This document shows, in pieces, positions 1-10,136 of a DNA stretch of 64,000 nt. This DNA is from Synergistota bacterium (GTDB lineage: Bacteria; Synergistota; GBS-1). The stretch's first letter is position 1. Each line of letters begins with the position of its first letter. A model generated the notes under the pieces. It was not told the DNA's origin and ran no database searches. It saw nothing but the letters and a program-made list of their open reading frames with translations. The DNA lies in contig JAGHDO010000091.1 of NCBI GenBank assembly GCA_021159885.1, positions 318 to 64,317 on the forward strand, read 5' to 3'. Both the position numbers and the translations under genes were made by a program.

Positions 1-366
1 TTTTACTATGTGCCCTGCATGAATCTTCCTTCTCTCATCTGAAACTATCCCATGGAGATGGACAACCACTTCTCCTCTACCATCCTTCCCTATAATTCCG
101 TTTCCGCAAAGGAATTCTAAGGGCCCCTCAACCGATACCGGTTCACAATATCTGGTTTTGAGCTTTTTAGTTTCGTCCTTCACAGCGTACACGAAAGTAA
201 ACTTTCTCAAGCTTCCAAGCATTACATCTATACTACCACTTTCCAAGCCATGTTTTTTGCATATCTTAAGGACTCCTTCTATGAGATCAGTTCCGGGAAG
301 GATTCTCCCCACAATAAGTCTTCCGCCCTTGCATTCAACGGAAGAGGTTCTAACCTCCTCCTTCAT
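1..366 (-). CDS. PPC (DUF296) domain protein, N-terminal part only (gene runs off the left edge)
   Basis: Not in the ORF track because no stop lies in the window. The minus-strand ATG is CAT at 364-366, preceded by AGGGAGGAG. Translation MKEEVRTSSVECKGGRLIVGRILPGTDLIEGVLKICKKHGLESGSIDVMLGSLRKFTFVYAV...GEVVVHLHGIVSDE resembles PPC/DUF296 proteins (recognised from memory). Confidence 0.5.
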   Translation of the reverse strand, partial: MKEEVRTSSVECKGGRLIVGRILPGTDLIEGVLKICKKHGLESGSIDVMLGSLRKFTFVYAVKDETKKLKTRYCEPVSVEGPLEFLCGNGIIGKDGRGEVVVHLHGIVSDERRKIHAGHIVK

Positions 367-396
367 GAGCTTTCTCCTCCCTTTTAATCTCACTCC

Positions 397-1716
397 TTAC
401 TTAAAGGTTACGTTCGGGAACCAAGTTACTATCTGTGGGAAAATTATACAGAGTGCTAATCCTATCGCTTGCAGGCTTACGAAAGATAGAACCCCCTTAT
501 AGATATCTTTTGTAGTTACTTCTGGAGGTGCTACCCCCTTCAGGAAAAATATGGCATAAGCAAACGGTGGGGTTAAGAATGACATCTGAAGATTAACCGC
601 TATGAGCACTGCAAAGTAGAGAGGATCGAAACCTAATTTTGTAGCTATGGGCATAAATACTGGTATGACTATGTAAAGAATGCCAATCCAGTCTATAAAC
701 ATTCCGAGAATGAATATGACGAACATCATTAGAGCCAATATTCCCCACTTTCCAAAGCCAGTTGCCATAAGAAGTGATTCAACCAGTGCTCCACCTCTCA
801 TAAACAAAAACACCGATGTAAACATCCCTGCTCCGACTATAACGAAGAAAACCATGGAGGTTATTTTAAGGGTTTCATATACCGCATCCCTTAAGGTTTT
901 CCAATTTAGCTTTTTATAAGAAAGAGCTATAATCGCTGCGCCAAGGGCTCCCACCGCGGAAGCCTCCGTAGGAGAAGCAATTCCAAGCAGTATCGATCCG
1001 AGAACCGCTATGAGTAGCCCTAAAACCGGTATCATATAAATCATGGTTTGTATTATCAGCGTTTTTTTATCCTTTGCTCTTTCCTCTTCACTTATAGCTG
1101 GAGCTACTTCCGGCTTGAGCCAAGATACGATAAGTATATAGGCTATATACAATCCGGATAATAGCAGGCCGGGAAATATGGCACCTGCGAATAGCTTAGC
1201 CACGGAGAGACTACACATAGGTCCCATCATTACCAGCATGACGCTTGGTGGTATAAGGATACCGAGCGTTCCACCAGCGCAGACAACGCCCGAAGCGAGA
1301 CTCTTGCTGTAGTTTCTCTTCAACATTGCGGGAAAAGCTATGAGTGCCATTGTCGTTACAGATGCGGCTATTATGCCCGTGCACGCAGCAAACAGAGTGC
1401 TTATTATCACGGCGGTGAGGGCAAGCCCTCCACGCAGGGGACCAAAAAGCTGGAACATCGTGTTGAAAAGCTTTTCCGCCGCCTCGCTCTTCTCAAGAAT
1501 GATTCCCATAAATATAAATAGCGGTACTGCTATCAAGACCTCATTCTGCATTACCCCGTAAGTTCTGTGTATGAAGAGATTAAACATGGCGGGTCCTCTG
1601 TAAAGGTATCCAAATAGGATTGCAAGGAACATTAAAGCGAAAGCGAGCCTTACCCCGCTTATAACCAGCGCTATAAGGAGAACCATTGCTATTAAGGCTA
1701 TTGCCTCAGTTCCCAT
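397..1716 (-). CDS. dctM: TRAP transporter large permease subunit (DctM family)
   Basis: 439-aa polytopic membrane protein with DctM-like sequence throughout. It lies 3 nt downstream of the DctQ-like gene in a P-Q-M order. Confidence 0.9.
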   Translation of the reverse strand: MGTEAIALIAMVLLIALVISGVRLAFALMFLAILFGYLYRGPAMFNLFIHRTYGVMQNEVLIAVPLFIFMGIILEKSEAAEKLFNTMFQLFGPLRGGLALTAVIISTLFAACTGIIAASVTTMALIAFPAMLKRNYSKSLASGVVCAGGTLGILIPPSVMLVMMGPMCSLSVAKLFAGAIFPGLLLSGLYIAYILIVSWLKPEVAPAISEEERAKDKKTLIIQTMIYMIPVLGLLIAVLGSILLGIASPTEASAVGALGAAIIALSYKKLNWKTLRDAVYETLKITSMVFFVIVGAGMFTSVFLFMRGGALVESLLMATGFGKWGILALMMFVIFILGMFIDWIGILYIVIPVFMPIATKLGFDPLYFAVLIAVNLQMSFLTPPFAYAIFFLKGVAPPEVTTKDIYKGVLSFVSLQAIGLALCIIFPQIVTWFPNVTFK

Positions 1717-1719
1717 TGC

Positions 1720-2220
1720 TTAAGACCTCCCTTGAGCGAGCTTTTTAATAGTTTTTACGAGTTCTACTATCCCCTGAAGGAAGAGGAGCAGAAATCCCGC
1801 AGGGATCATGGTTTTTACCGGACCTGAGGGAAATCCCCAGGTTGTGGTGGAGAGCTTTTCCCCTATACTCCAAGCATACATTGCGTATTCTAATCCCTTC
1901 CAGAAGAGGATCGCCATAATGGGTAAGAACATAACGGCGAAAAAAATGAGTTCCCATACCAGTCTTACTTTCTCGGGGAGGGCGTTAAATACGAGATCTA
2001 TTCTAACATGCTTTTTTTCCTGAAGGGTATAACCTCCCCCAAGTAAGAACATGGCGCTGAAAAGCATCCAGGCGGTATCATAGACCCAATCTGTTGGGCT
2101 ATTTAACACGTATCTTATGAAAACTTCATACACCACAACCGCGTTTAATGGAATTACGAGCCAGGCTCCTCCCTTTCCACAAATCCTTACTATTTTCTCT
2201 ATGAGCGCGAGGAATTTCAT
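1720..2220 (-). CDS. dctQ: TRAP transporter small permease subunit (DctQ family)
   Basis: 166 aa with four predicted hydrophobic helices, located between the DctP-like and DctM-like genes. Confidence 0.8.
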   Translation of the reverse strand: MKFLALIEKIVRICGKGGAWLVIPLNAVVVYEVFIRYVLNSPTDWVYDTAWMLFSAMFLLGGGYTLQEKKHVRIDLVFNALPEKVRLVWELIFFAVMFLPIMAILFWKGLEYAMYAWSIGEKLSTTTWGFPSGPVKTMIPAGFLLLFLQGIVELVKTIKKLAQGRS

Positions 2221-2252
2221 TCGGTGATGCCTCCTTGATCTTTAATTTTTAT

Positions 2253-2279
2253 GCGGGAGGAGAGAAGCTCTCCTCCCGC
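2253..2279 (-). promoter_or_regulatory. Intercistronic stem-loop between dctP and dctQ
   Basis: Perfect 11-bp stem GCGGGAGGAGA / TCTCCTCCCGC with a 5-nt loop, 14 nt after the dctP stop. There is no U-run on the minus strand, so it is more likely an mRNA-stability or partial-attenuation element than a full terminator. Confidence 0.4.
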
Positions 2280-2293
2280 AGAGCAAAGAGTTT

Positions 2294-3340
2294 TTAGATG
2301 TCAAACTTGCTAAATTCATAGTAAGGCCTGAATTTCTTGAGGAAGTTCTTCTGGGATTCCCAAACCTTCTTGAAGTATGGATCTTTCTTTGCCTTTTCCT
2401 CAAGAATTTGGAAGGCTATTTCTCTCGCCTTCTTTTGATCGGCAGGAGAAAGTTTGGTCATCTTGACGCCCATCTCCTTGAACTTGGCAAAAGCTTCCAT
2501 GGTCTTTATCCACTCTTTTGCATACCCTTCGATCGTGGCTGCTACGGCAGCATTCTTCATGATCTCCCTAAGGTCAGGCGAGAGCGAATTCCAAACTTTG
2601 GAATTGATAACGAGCTGGAACATATTGGATCCCATGTGGATTGGAGGATTAAAGAGGTATTTGGCAACTTCAGGTAAACCGAGGGCTAAATCCATGTAGG
2701 GATCGCAGAATTCGGCTGCATCTATGAGACCTCTCCTCAGAGAAGGTATGACTTCTCCTCCAGGCAGGAGGACTACAGAGGCACCCAGCTTTTTCCAAAG
2801 CTCCATGCTTAAGCCAGCACATCTTATCTTGAGCCCTTTGATATCCTTCAGACTCCTTATGGGTTTCTTGGACCATATCTCCTCGGGGGGAGTAAGCCCT
2901 AATGGAAAAGCAATCACGCTTCCCTTGTACATTTCCTGCTCCAGTTTTATGCCCTCACCGCTATACATCCATACGAGTAAATCGTGGAACTGGAAGACAC
3001 CGCCAGGAAGGGTGTAGAAGAGGTCTCCAGCTGGGTACTCGCCTTTCTGCCATGCAGGCGTGTTATAACCGAGGTCGAGTACTCCTTCTCTGACGGCTTC
3101 AAGAACCTTTTGGGGAGGAACTATCTCTCCAGAGCTGTGGAGCTCGATTTTGAGGCGACCTCCGCTCATCTTTTCCACCTTTTGAGCCCAGAGCACGATA
3201 CCGTTCTGGCTTAAGGGGAGCTTGAGCGGGAAACAGCTCTGTGCCACGAGAGTTCGGGTTTTGGCAAGTGCCAGTCCACCCGCGATCAATCCGAGGGCTA
3301 TCATTCCCGCGATGATCGCTAAAAGAGCCCTTCTTTTCAT
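2294..3340 (-). CDS. dctP: TRAP transporter substrate-binding protein (DctP family)
   Basis: 348 aa with an N-terminal hydrophobic signal/anchor and a DctP-like body. First gene of the minus-strand TRAP operon. Confidence 0.85.
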   Translation of the reverse strand: MKRRALLAIIAGMIALGLIAGGLALAKTRTLVAQSCFPLKLPLSQNGIVLWAQKVEKMSGGRLKIELHSSGEIVPPQKVLEAVREGVLDLGYNTPAWQKGEYPAGDLFYTLPGGVFQFHDLLVWMYSGEGIKLEQEMYKGSVIAFPLGLTPPEEIWSKKPIRSLKDIKGLKIRCAGLSMELWKKLGASVVLLPGGEVIPSLRRGLIDAAEFCDPYMDLALGLPEVAKYLFNPPIHMGSNMFQLVINSKVWNSLSPDLREIMKNAAVAATIEGYAKEWIKTMEAFAKFKEMGVKMTKLSPADQKKAREIAFQILEEKAKKDPYFKKVWESQKNFLKKFRPYYEFSKFDI

Positions 3341-3509
3341 TCTTCTGCCACCTCCTATTAAGATTTTTTGAAGGTTAAAACATTAAAATTAAAGTAGTGA
3401 TATTACATGATGATTATATGTTAATAACATAGGCTTGTCAATATATTCCAAGTTTTGGCTATTTAGTAGCATCCTATAATATTTTTAAACCATCCTTGTA
3501 TCCTTTTGC

Positions 3510-3538
3510 TTTACTTTCGTTTCCTAAAGCTGTATAAT
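3510..3538 (+). promoter_or_regulatory. Sigma-70-type promoter candidate for livG (possibly leaderless or very short leader)
   Basis: TTTACT (3510-3515), 17-nt spacer, TATAAT (3533-3538). The ATG at 3548 lies only 10 nt after the -10 box and has no convincing Shine-Dalgarno. Confidence 0.45.
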
Positions 3539-3547
3539 GAATTTGAG

Positions 3548-4330
3548 ATGGGAGCCAAGGTTATTTTAGAGGTAAAAAACCTGACTAAGAGGTTCGGTGG
3601 GCTCGAAGCAGTAAAGAATGTCTCTTTCTTTATAAGAGAAAGAGAGATACTTGGGTTGGTAGGTCCTAACGGTGCGGGTAAAACTACGTGTTTTAATCTC
3701 ATCAGTGGGGTAATAAAGCCTACCGAAGGGAAGATATATTTTCTTGGGAAAGACATAACGGAATTGCCCGCACATGATATAGCCAAGATGGGTATAGCCA
3801 GAACCTTCCAAATCGTTCGCCCGTTTAGAGAGCTTAAGGTTTGGCAGAATGTTCTTTCCGCTTACGGAAAGGATCTATATGATTCGCTTATTGATTCCTT
3901 TAAACCCTATAACTTGCCTCCTTTAAGGGAGAGATCTCGTCAACTTATAAAGGAGGTCGATCTTCTCAATTTCGAGGAGGCCCCAGCAGGGGTTCTCCCT
4001 CTCGGTTGCTTAAGAAGATTGGAGATTGCAAGAGCTCTTGCCCTTTCTCCTAAACTTTTACTTCTCGATGAGTCGTTTTCTGGTTTAAGCTACGAGGAGA
4101 TAGAATCTCTTATGGATCTTGTAAAAGTGATAAGAGCAAATGGCGTTTCTGTACTACTTATAGAGCATAACATGAGGGTTGCTATGAGCTTGTGTGATAG
4201 GATAGTTGTCCTTGATTATGGGCAGAAAATAGCTGAGGGCTCTCCTGATGATGTAAGAAATGATCCGAGGGTCATAGAGGCTTATCTTGGAAAAGGCGGT
4301 GGAGAACTTGGAGCTTCTCAAAGTCTCTGA
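3548..4330 (+). CDS. livG: Branched-chain amino acid ABC transporter ATP-binding protein (LivG type)
   Basis: Walker A GPNGAGKTT, signature LSYEE, Walker B LLLLDE, and the LivG-type C-terminal DPRVIEAYLG. I prefer ATG 3548 (MGAKVILEVKNL) over the TTG 3506 of the ORF track, because 3506 sits inside the promoter-like AT-rich region. Confidence 0.9.
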   Translation: MGAKVILEVKNLTKRFGGLEAVKNVSFFIREREILGLVGPNGAGKTTCFNLISGVIKPTEGKIYFLGKDITELPAHDIAKMGIARTFQIVRPFRELKVWQNVLSAYGKDLYDSLIDSFKPYNLPPLRERSRQLIKEVDLLNFEEAPAGVLPLGCLRRLEIARALALSPKLLLLDESFSGLSYEEIESLMDLVKVIRANGVSVLLIEHNMRVAMSLCDRIVVLDYGQKIAEGSPDDVRNDPRVIEAYLGKGGGELGASQSL

Positions 4331-5018
4331 TCTTCATTTGAGCTATGGGGAGATAAAGGCTTTAAGAGGCATTTCTATAAGGGTTGAGGATGGAGAGCTC
4401 GTTGCGATCATCGGCGCTAATGGGGCTGGAAAGACGAGCATGTTGAGAGCAATAATGGGATTGGAAAAGATAGATAAAGGGGAGATATTCTTTAGCGGAG
4501 AGGATATTACCGATATGGAACCTTTTGAGAGAGCGAGAAAGGGTGTGAGGATGGTTCCTGAGGGAGCTCGGGTTTTCTCAGATCTCACAGTTGAAGAGAA
4601 TTTGAGGGTAGGTGCTTTTCCGCTCAAGGATCGATTTGAGATAGATAGGAGAATGCGAGAGGTTTTTGAGCTTTTCCCAGTTCTTGCGGAGAGAAGAGAG
4701 CAACTTGCGGGAACCATGAGTGGTGGGGAAAGGCAGATGCTATCTTTGGGAAGGGCTCTTATGGCAAGACCTAGATTATTAATGATAGATGAAGCTTCTC
4801 TGGGATTGATGCCTATACTCGTTGAAAAAATATATGAGGTTATAAGGGAGCTAAGAAGGAATGGAATGACCATACTTCTCGTTGAGCAAAATGCTCGTCA
4901 GGCTCTTAAGGTAGCGGATAGGGGTTATGTTCTTGAGACGGGAAGAATAGTTTTTGAGGGATGCTCGGAAGAGTTAAGGGCTAACCCTGTGGTTAAGAAA
5001 GCATATTTAGGGGGATAG
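4287..5018 (+). CDS. livF: Branched-chain amino acid ABC transporter ATP-binding protein (LivF type)
   Basis: Walker A GANGAGKTS, signature SGGERQML, Walker B LLMIDE, and C-terminal KKAYLGG. The exact start is uncertain (TTG 4287, GTG 4299 or TTG 4308). Confidence 0.9.
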   Translation: MEKAVENLELLKVSDLHLSYGEIKALRGISIRVEDGELVAIIGANGAGKTSMLRAIMGLEKIDKGEIFFSGEDITDMEPFERARKGVRMVPEGARVFSDLTVEENLRVGAFPLKDRFEIDRRMREVFELFPVLAERREQLAGTMSGGERQMLSLGRALMARPRLLMIDEASLGLMPILVEKIYEVIRELRRNGMTILLVEQNARQALKVADRGYVLETGRIVFEGCSEELRANPVVKKAYLGG

Positions 5019-5063
5019 ATGCCCCCTCGATTTGGGGGCTTAACATAACGGGGGTGATCTTTA

Positions 5064-6203
5064 ATGAGAAAGCTGGCGATAGCGGTGTTGCTGGTTTTCA
5101 CGATGGCGGGAGTGGCTTTTGCCGGAGGCACGATAAAGATAGGGTTTTTCGCTCCTTTAACCGGTTTTGCTGCTGCTGATGGAGCAAGCGCTCTTCATGC
5201 CGCTAAGCTTGCCGTTGATTATGTTAATGGGAAAGGCGGGGTTCTGGGGAAAAAGCTTGAGCTTGTGGTATACGACGATGGGTGCAAATCCAAAGAGGCG
5301 GTTGCAATAGCCCATAAACTTACTGAAAAAGATAATGTGGTTGCTGTGGTAAGCGGTTCTTACAGCGGACCAACGAGGGCAGCTGCCCCGGTGTATCAGG
5401 AGGCGAGGGTTCCCATGATTTCCGCTTATGCGGTTCATCCTGACATAACTAAGGCAGGAAACTATATATTTAGAAATGGTTTTCTTGGAACCGTTGAGGG
5501 AGCTGCTGTGGCTGAAGTTGTAGGCAAGCAGCTTAAGGCTAAAAGCGTTTGTATACTCACGCTTGATAATGACTACGGAAGGGCAATAGCCAACGGGTTT
5601 AAGAAAATGGCTAAGAAGCTTGGAATAAAGATACTTGCTGAGGAGCATTTCCCCATGGGGGAAAAGGATTTTACTCCTTATCTTACCAGGTTTAAGGGGT
5701 TAAAGCCAGAGGCTCTCTTTATAGGAGGATATTATTTCCATGCTCCTGCAGTCGTTCAGGCGCGTAATCTTGGATTCACCTGCCCGATAGTCGGTGAAGA
5801 AGGTTTTGACTCCCCTAAGTTCATAGAGATAGGTGGTAAAGCTGCTGAGGGAGTCATAATTACCACTAATTTCGATAGAGATGATCCCAGACCTCTCGTT
5901 AAGTGGTTTATAAAACAATATAAGGAGAGATACAAGATGGATCCGGATATGGTGGGAGCATCCTCCTTTGATAGCGTTCTCATCATAGCTGAGGCGATAA
6001 AGAAAGCGGATTCAAGCGATCCCAAGAAGATAAGGGATGCTATAGCCTCTTTGAAGAACTTTGATGGTTTAACTGGCAAAATAAGAGGTTTTACCAAGAT
6101 AGGCGAGGTTATAAAGCCAGTTCAGGTTCAGATAGTCAGAGGAGGAGAGTTCCACCACTTTGGAATTGTTGATGATCCAGAAGTCATAATTCCTAAGGAT
6201 TGA
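5064..6203 (+). CDS. ABC transporter substrate-binding protein, LivK/LivJ (branched-chain amino acid) family
   Basis: Signal peptide MRKLAIAVLLVFTMAGVAFA followed by the IKIGFFAPLTG...AADG motif typical of the Leu/Ile/Val-binding protein family. Confidence 0.85.
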   Translation: MRKLAIAVLLVFTMAGVAFAGGTIKIGFFAPLTGFAAADGASALHAAKLAVDYVNGKGGVLGKKLELVVYDDGCKSKEAVAIAHKLTEKDNVVAVVSGSYSGPTRAAAPVYQEARVPMISAYAVHPDITKAGNYIFRNGFLGTVEGAAVAEVVGKQLKAKSVCILTLDNDYGRAIANGFKKMAKKLGIKILAEEHFPMGEKDFTPYLTRFKGLKPEALFIGGYYFHAPAVVQARNLGFTCPIVGEEGFDSPKFIEIGGKAAEGVIITTNFDRDDPRPLVKWFIKQYKERYKMDPDMVGASSFDSVLIIAEAIKKADSSDPKKIRDAIASLKNFDGLTGKIRGFTKIGEVIKPVQVQIVRGGEFHHFGIVDDPEVIIPKD

Positions 6204-6223
6204 GATTTTGAGGGGGTGTTTGT

Positions 6224-7873
6224 ATGGGAAGAATCGTGAGAGCTCCCCGGGGAAGGGAGCTTACGTGTAAGGGGTGGGTTCAAGAAGCAGCTATGAGAAT
6301 GCTTATGAATAACTTGGATCCTGAGGTTGCTGAAAAGCCTGATGAGCTTATAGTCTATGGAGGAACCGGTAAAGCTGCGAGAAACTGGGAGTGCTTCGAT
6401 GCAATCGTTGAAAGCCTAAGGAGTCTTGAGAACGATGAGACCTTGCTTGTTCAGTCCGGTAAGCCGGTTGGAATTTTTAAGACTCACCCTTGGGCGCCAA
6501 GGGTTCTTATCGCTAATGCTAATCTTGTACCAAATTGGGCTAACTGGGACTATTTCAGAGACCTTGAAGCGAGAGGGTTAATAATGTATGGTCAGATGAC
6601 CGCTGGGAGCTGGATATATATAGGAACTCAAGGAATACTTCAGGGAACTTATGAAACGCTAGCAGCTGTTGCTAACAGGCACTTTAATGGAACGCTTAAG
6701 GGCAGGCTTGTTTTAACGGCGGGACTTGGTGGTATGGGAGGAGCTCAGCCTCTCGCCATAACGATGAATGAAGGTGTTGGCATAATAGTTGAAGTCGATA
6801 GAGAAAGGATAAAAAGAAGACTCGATACTGGTTATCTTGATGTGATGGTTGAAAGTTTAGATGAAGCATTGAACCTTGCTTTAAAGGCCAGGGATGAGGG
6901 GAAACCTCTTTCCGTGGGACTTTTAGGAAACGCTGCAGATATATTCCCTGAGTTTGTAAGGAGGGGCATTATACCGGATGTTGTTACGGATCAGACTTCT
7001 GCGCATGATGAGCTTAATGGATATGTTCCTGCTGGTATTCCTTATGAAGAAGCCCTGGAATTGAGGAAAACTAACCCCGAAAAGTATAAGGAGATGGCTC
7101 TTGATTCCATAGCTAAGCATGTGAGGGCAATGCTTGACCTTCAAAAAATGGGTTCAATAGTCTTCGACTACGGAAACAATATAAGAACGCAAGCCTACAA
7201 ACGAGGGGTTAAAAACGCATATGATTTCCCTGGATTTGTCGTTGAGTATATAAGGCCTCTGTTTTGTGAGGGACAGGGACCTTTCAGATGGGTTGCCCTA
7301 TCCGGAGATCCAGAAGACATTTACAGGACGGATGAGGCGGTTATAGAGACCTTTCCGAAGAAGAAGCACCTTGTTCGCTGGATTCGTATGGCTCAAAAGA
7401 AAGTCAAATTTCAGGGACTACCTGCAAGAATATGTTGGTTGGGGTATGGAGAGAGAGACAAGATGGGGTTAATATTCAATGAACTCGTTAAGAAGGGTGA
7501 GATAAAGGCCCCGATAGTTATAGGAAGGGATCATCTGGATACGGGCTCGGTTGCCTCTCCTTACAGAGAGACTGAGGGCATGAAAGATGGAAGCGACGCG
7601 ATAGCAGATTGGCCCGTTCTTAACGCCCTTCTTAACACCGCAAGCGGAGCAAGCTGGGTTTCCTTCCATCATGGTGGTGGCGTTGGTATAGGTTATTCGC
7701 TTCATGCGGGGCAAGTTACCGTAGTTGATGGAACTGATGAGACTGCGGAGAAGATAAAGAGAGTGTTGAGGAATGATCCTGGAATAGGCGTTGCACGTCA
7801 TGCTGATGCGGGATATGAAAGAGCAATAGAATGGGCTAAAAAACATGGTGTGAAGATACCGATGCTGAAATAA
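6224..7873 (+). CDS. hutU: Urocanate hydratase
   Basis: 549 aa. Conserved blocks [23 protein letters not shown] and VTDQTSAHD. Confidence 0.95.
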   Translation: MGRIVRAPRGRELTCKGWVQEAAMRMLMNNLDPEVAEKPDELIVYGGTGKAARNWECFDAIVESLRSLENDETLLVQSGKPVGIFKTHPWAPRVLIANANLVPNWANWDYFRDLEARGLIMYGQMTAGSWIYIGTQGILQGTYETLAAVANRHFNGTLKGRLVLTAGLGGMGGAQPLAITMNEGVGIIVEVDRERIKRRLDTGYLDVMVESLDEALNLALKARDEGKPLSVGLLGNAADIFPEFVRRGIIPDVVTDQTSAHDELNGYVPAGIPYEEALELRKTNPEKYKEMALDSIAKHVRAMLDLQKMGSIVFDYGNNIRTQAYKRGVKNAYDFPGFVVEYIRPLFCEGQGPFRWVALSGDPEDIYRTDEAVIETFPKKKHLVRWIRMAQKKVKFQGLPARICWLGYGERDKMGLIFNELVKKGEIKAPIVIGRDHLDTGSVASPYRETEGMKDGSDAIADWPVLNALLNTASGASWVSFHHGGGVGIGYSLHAGQVTVVDGTDETAEKIKRVLRNDPGIGVARHADAGYERAIEWAKKHGVKIPMLK

Positions 7874-7912
7874 GCGCTGTTTCCCGTTGTAGGGTCTATT
7901 TTGAAATTCAAG

Positions 7913-7951
7913 GGGGTGGGACTCTATTAGGAAAGGGTCCCACCCCTTTTT
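7913..7951 (+). terminator. Intrinsic terminator or attenuator between hutU and the formiminotransferase gene
   Basis: 10-bp GC-rich stem GGGGTGGGAC (7913-7922) / GTCCCACCCC (7937-7946) followed by TTTTT (7947-7951). The SD AAGGAGG of the next gene follows immediately. Confidence 0.7.
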
Positions 7952-7963
7952 AAGGAGGGATGT

Positions 7964-8881
7964 GTGTTGATACCCAAGAGATTGGTTGAGTGCGTTCCAA
8001 ACTATAGCGAGGGAAGAAGAGAGGATGTTATTCAAAAGATATCTAATTGTTTCAGAGGTAAGAAGGGGGTCTGGCTTCTTGACGTTTCTGCAGATAAAGA
8101 TCACAACAGGATGGTGATAACCGCAGTTGGAGATCCGGATGAGATGGCAAAAGCGGTTTTCGACTCAGTTAAGGTGGCTACTGAGCTTATAAACATGGAG
8201 GAGCATGAGGGTGAGCATCCTCGCATAGGTGCTACGGATGTGATTCCCTTTATTCCTCTTAAAGGCATTAGCATGGAGGAATGTGTGGCTCTTGCCAGAA
8301 ACCTGGGGAAGAGAATAGCGGATGAGCTTGGTATACCGGTTTATCTCTATGAAGAGGCAGCTTTAAGACCTGAGAGAAAAAAACTTGAAGTCATAAGAAA
8401 AGGGCAGTATGAGGGATTAAAGAAGGAAATTGAAAAGCCCGAAAGGCATCCGGATTACGGTCCTCCGAGGCTTCATCCAACGGCGGGTGCTACAGTGGTG
8501 GGGGCGAGAAACTCCCTTATCGCCTTTAATGTTAACCTTGGGACAAGTGATATAAGCGTGGCTAAAAAGATAGCTCGTTTCGTTCGAGCTTCAAGCGGTG
8601 GATTAGGTTTCGTTAAAGCCATAGGGGTTGAGCTTAAGGAGAAAGGATTGGTTCAGGTTTCAATGAATCTCACGGATTACACCAAGAACGCGATTTACAG
8701 AGTATATGAGCTTATAAAGATCGAAGCGGAGAGGTGGGGCGTTCCTATCGTTGAAAGCGAGATAGTGGGTTTGCTTCCCGCGGAAGCTCTTTTTGATTCA
8801 TTAGCGTACTATCTTAAGTTACATACATTTGATCCTTTGAAACAAGTTATAGAGATGAGATTGTTGGAGATGGAGGAGTGA
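7964..8881 (+). CDS. Glutamate formiminotransferase (FtcD N-terminal-domain type)
   Basis: Hallmark N-terminus LVECVPNYSEGR. At 305 aa it matches the length of stand-alone formiminotransferases. Confidence 0.9.
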   Translation: MLIPKRLVECVPNYSEGRREDVIQKISNCFRGKKGVWLLDVSADKDHNRMVITAVGDPDEMAKAVFDSVKVATELINMEEHEGEHPRIGATDVIPFIPLKGISMEECVALARNLGKRIADELGIPVYLYEEAALRPERKKLEVIRKGQYEGLKKEIEKPERHPDYGPPRLHPTAGATVVGARNSLIAFNVNLGTSDISVAKKIARFVRASSGGLGFVKAIGVELKEKGLVQVSMNLTDYTKNAIYRVYELIKIEAERWGVPIVESEIVGLLPAEALFDSLAYYLKLHTFDPLKQVIEMRLLEMEE

Positions 8882-8885
8882 GATC

Positions 8886-10136
8886 ATGGTTGATCTGCTG
8901 ATTTACAATATTTCTCAGCTTTTAACCGTTAAGGATTTTAAAAAAGGGCCTCGCCTTCAAAGCGAGATGCTTGAGTTAGGCATAATAGAAGATGGAGCCC
9001 TTGCAATCGATGGTGAAATTATAGTGGATGTGGGAGAAAGCAAGGAGCTTCTTAAAAGATACGGAAATGCTGTTCAAAAGATAGATGCTTCAGGTTGTAT
9101 TGCTTTGCCGGGGTTTGTTGATGCGCATACTCATCTTCCATTTGTGGGGACAAGAGAGGAAGAGTTTCTGCTTCGCTTGAGGGGAGCAGAGTATATAGAG
9201 ATACTCAAGGCAGGAGGAGGTATATTAAACACCGTTAAAAAGGTTAGAGAAGCAACCAAGGAGAAACTCCTTGAGGCAACGAGATTAAACGCGAGGAAAC
9301 TGCTTGAGTCTGGCATAACGACCGCTGAGGCTAAGAGTGGTTATGGTTTAACGCTTGAGGACGAGATAAAGCAGCTCGAAGTCTTAAAAGAAGTTAATGA
9401 TGAGGTTCCTTTAGAGATAGTTCCAACTTTTCTCGGTGCACATGCGATTCCTGAGGAGTATAGATCTGATCGGAGGTCCTATATAGAGTATGTTAAGGAT
9501 GTTATGTTGCCTGAAGTCGTTGAGAGAAAACTTGCTTTATATTGTGATGTTTTCTGTGATGAAGGTGTTTTCTCAGTGGAGGAAAGTAAGGAGATACTCT
9601 CACGTGCAAAGGATTTAGGGTTGGGGTTAAGACTCCATGTTGATGAGATAGCTCCCTTAGGTGGAGCGGAGCTCGCTGCAGAGCTGCATGCAAAAAGTGC
9701 CGATCATCTTCTAAAGGTGAGCGATAGAGGAATTAGAATGATGGCTGATGAGGGGGTTTTTGCGGTTCTTCTTCCAGGAACCTCATTCTCTTTGAGAAAG
9801 CCTTTTGCTCCAGCTAGAAAAATGATAGATGCTGGGGTTCCAGTTGCTTTAGGGACGGATTTCAATCCTGGAAGTTGTTATTGTAGTTCGATGGAGATGA
9901 CGATTCAGCTTGCCGTTCTTGGAATGGGAATGCTTCCTGAGGAAGCAATAGTAGCTTCCACCTTAAACTCTGCTTACTCCATTGATCGAGGAAATAAGGT
10001 AGGCAGTCTTGATCTTGGGAAACAAGCAGATATCGTTATAATGGATGTTCCCAAATATGCTTTTCTATTTTATGAGTTTGGCAGAAGCCATGTAAAAAGC
10101 GTTATAAAGAAAGGGAGGGTGGTATATGCTTCTTAA
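8886..10136 (+). CDS. hutI: Imidazolonepropionase
   Basis: 416 aa. Amidohydrolase metal motif GFVDAHTHLPF and HutI-like blocks throughout. Confidence 0.9.
   Translation: MVDLLIYNISQLLTVKDFKKGPRLQSEMLELGIIEDGALAIDGEIIVDVGESKELLKRYGNAVQKIDASGCIALPGFVDAHTHLPFVGTREEEFLLRLRGAEYIEILKAGGGILNTVKKVREATKEKLLEATRLNARKLLESGITTAEAKSGYGLTLEDEIKQLEVLKEVNDEVPLEIVPTFLGAHAIPEEYRSDRRSYIEYVKDVMLPEVVERKLALYCDVFCDEGVFSVEESKEILSRAKDLGLGLRLHVDEIAPLGGAELAAELHAKSADHLLKVSDRGIRMMADEGVFAVLLPGTSFSLRKPFAPARKMIDAGVPVALGTDFNPGSCYCSSMEMTIQLAVLGMGMLPEEAIVASTLNSAYSIDRGNKVGSLDLGKQADIVIMDVPKYAFLFYEFGRSHVKSVIKKGRVVYAS

Noticed and set aside
158-502. 114-aa plus-strand ORF at the left end
   Set aside because: It lies antisense to the PPC/DUF296 gene (1-366) and to the 3-prime end of dctM. 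It has no start context and a low-complexity S/L/P/T composition, so it is a shadow ORF.
3506-3547. TTG 3506 as the livG start
   Set aside because: The extra 14 aa (MLYFRFLKLYNEFE) lie inside the AT-rich promoter-like sequence. LivG homology begins at MGAKVILEVKNL.
4343-4873. 176-aa minus-strand ORF (plus similar ones at 5157-5648 and 5756-6097)
   Set aside because: They are S/I/L/P-rich antisense shadows of livF and the binding-protein gene, both of which carry unambiguous ABC and SBP motifs.
7469-8104. 211-aa minus-strand ORF
   Set aside because: It is antisense to the strongly conserved 3-prime end of hutU and runs through the terminator hairpin and the formiminotransferase start. It has no recognisable motifs.
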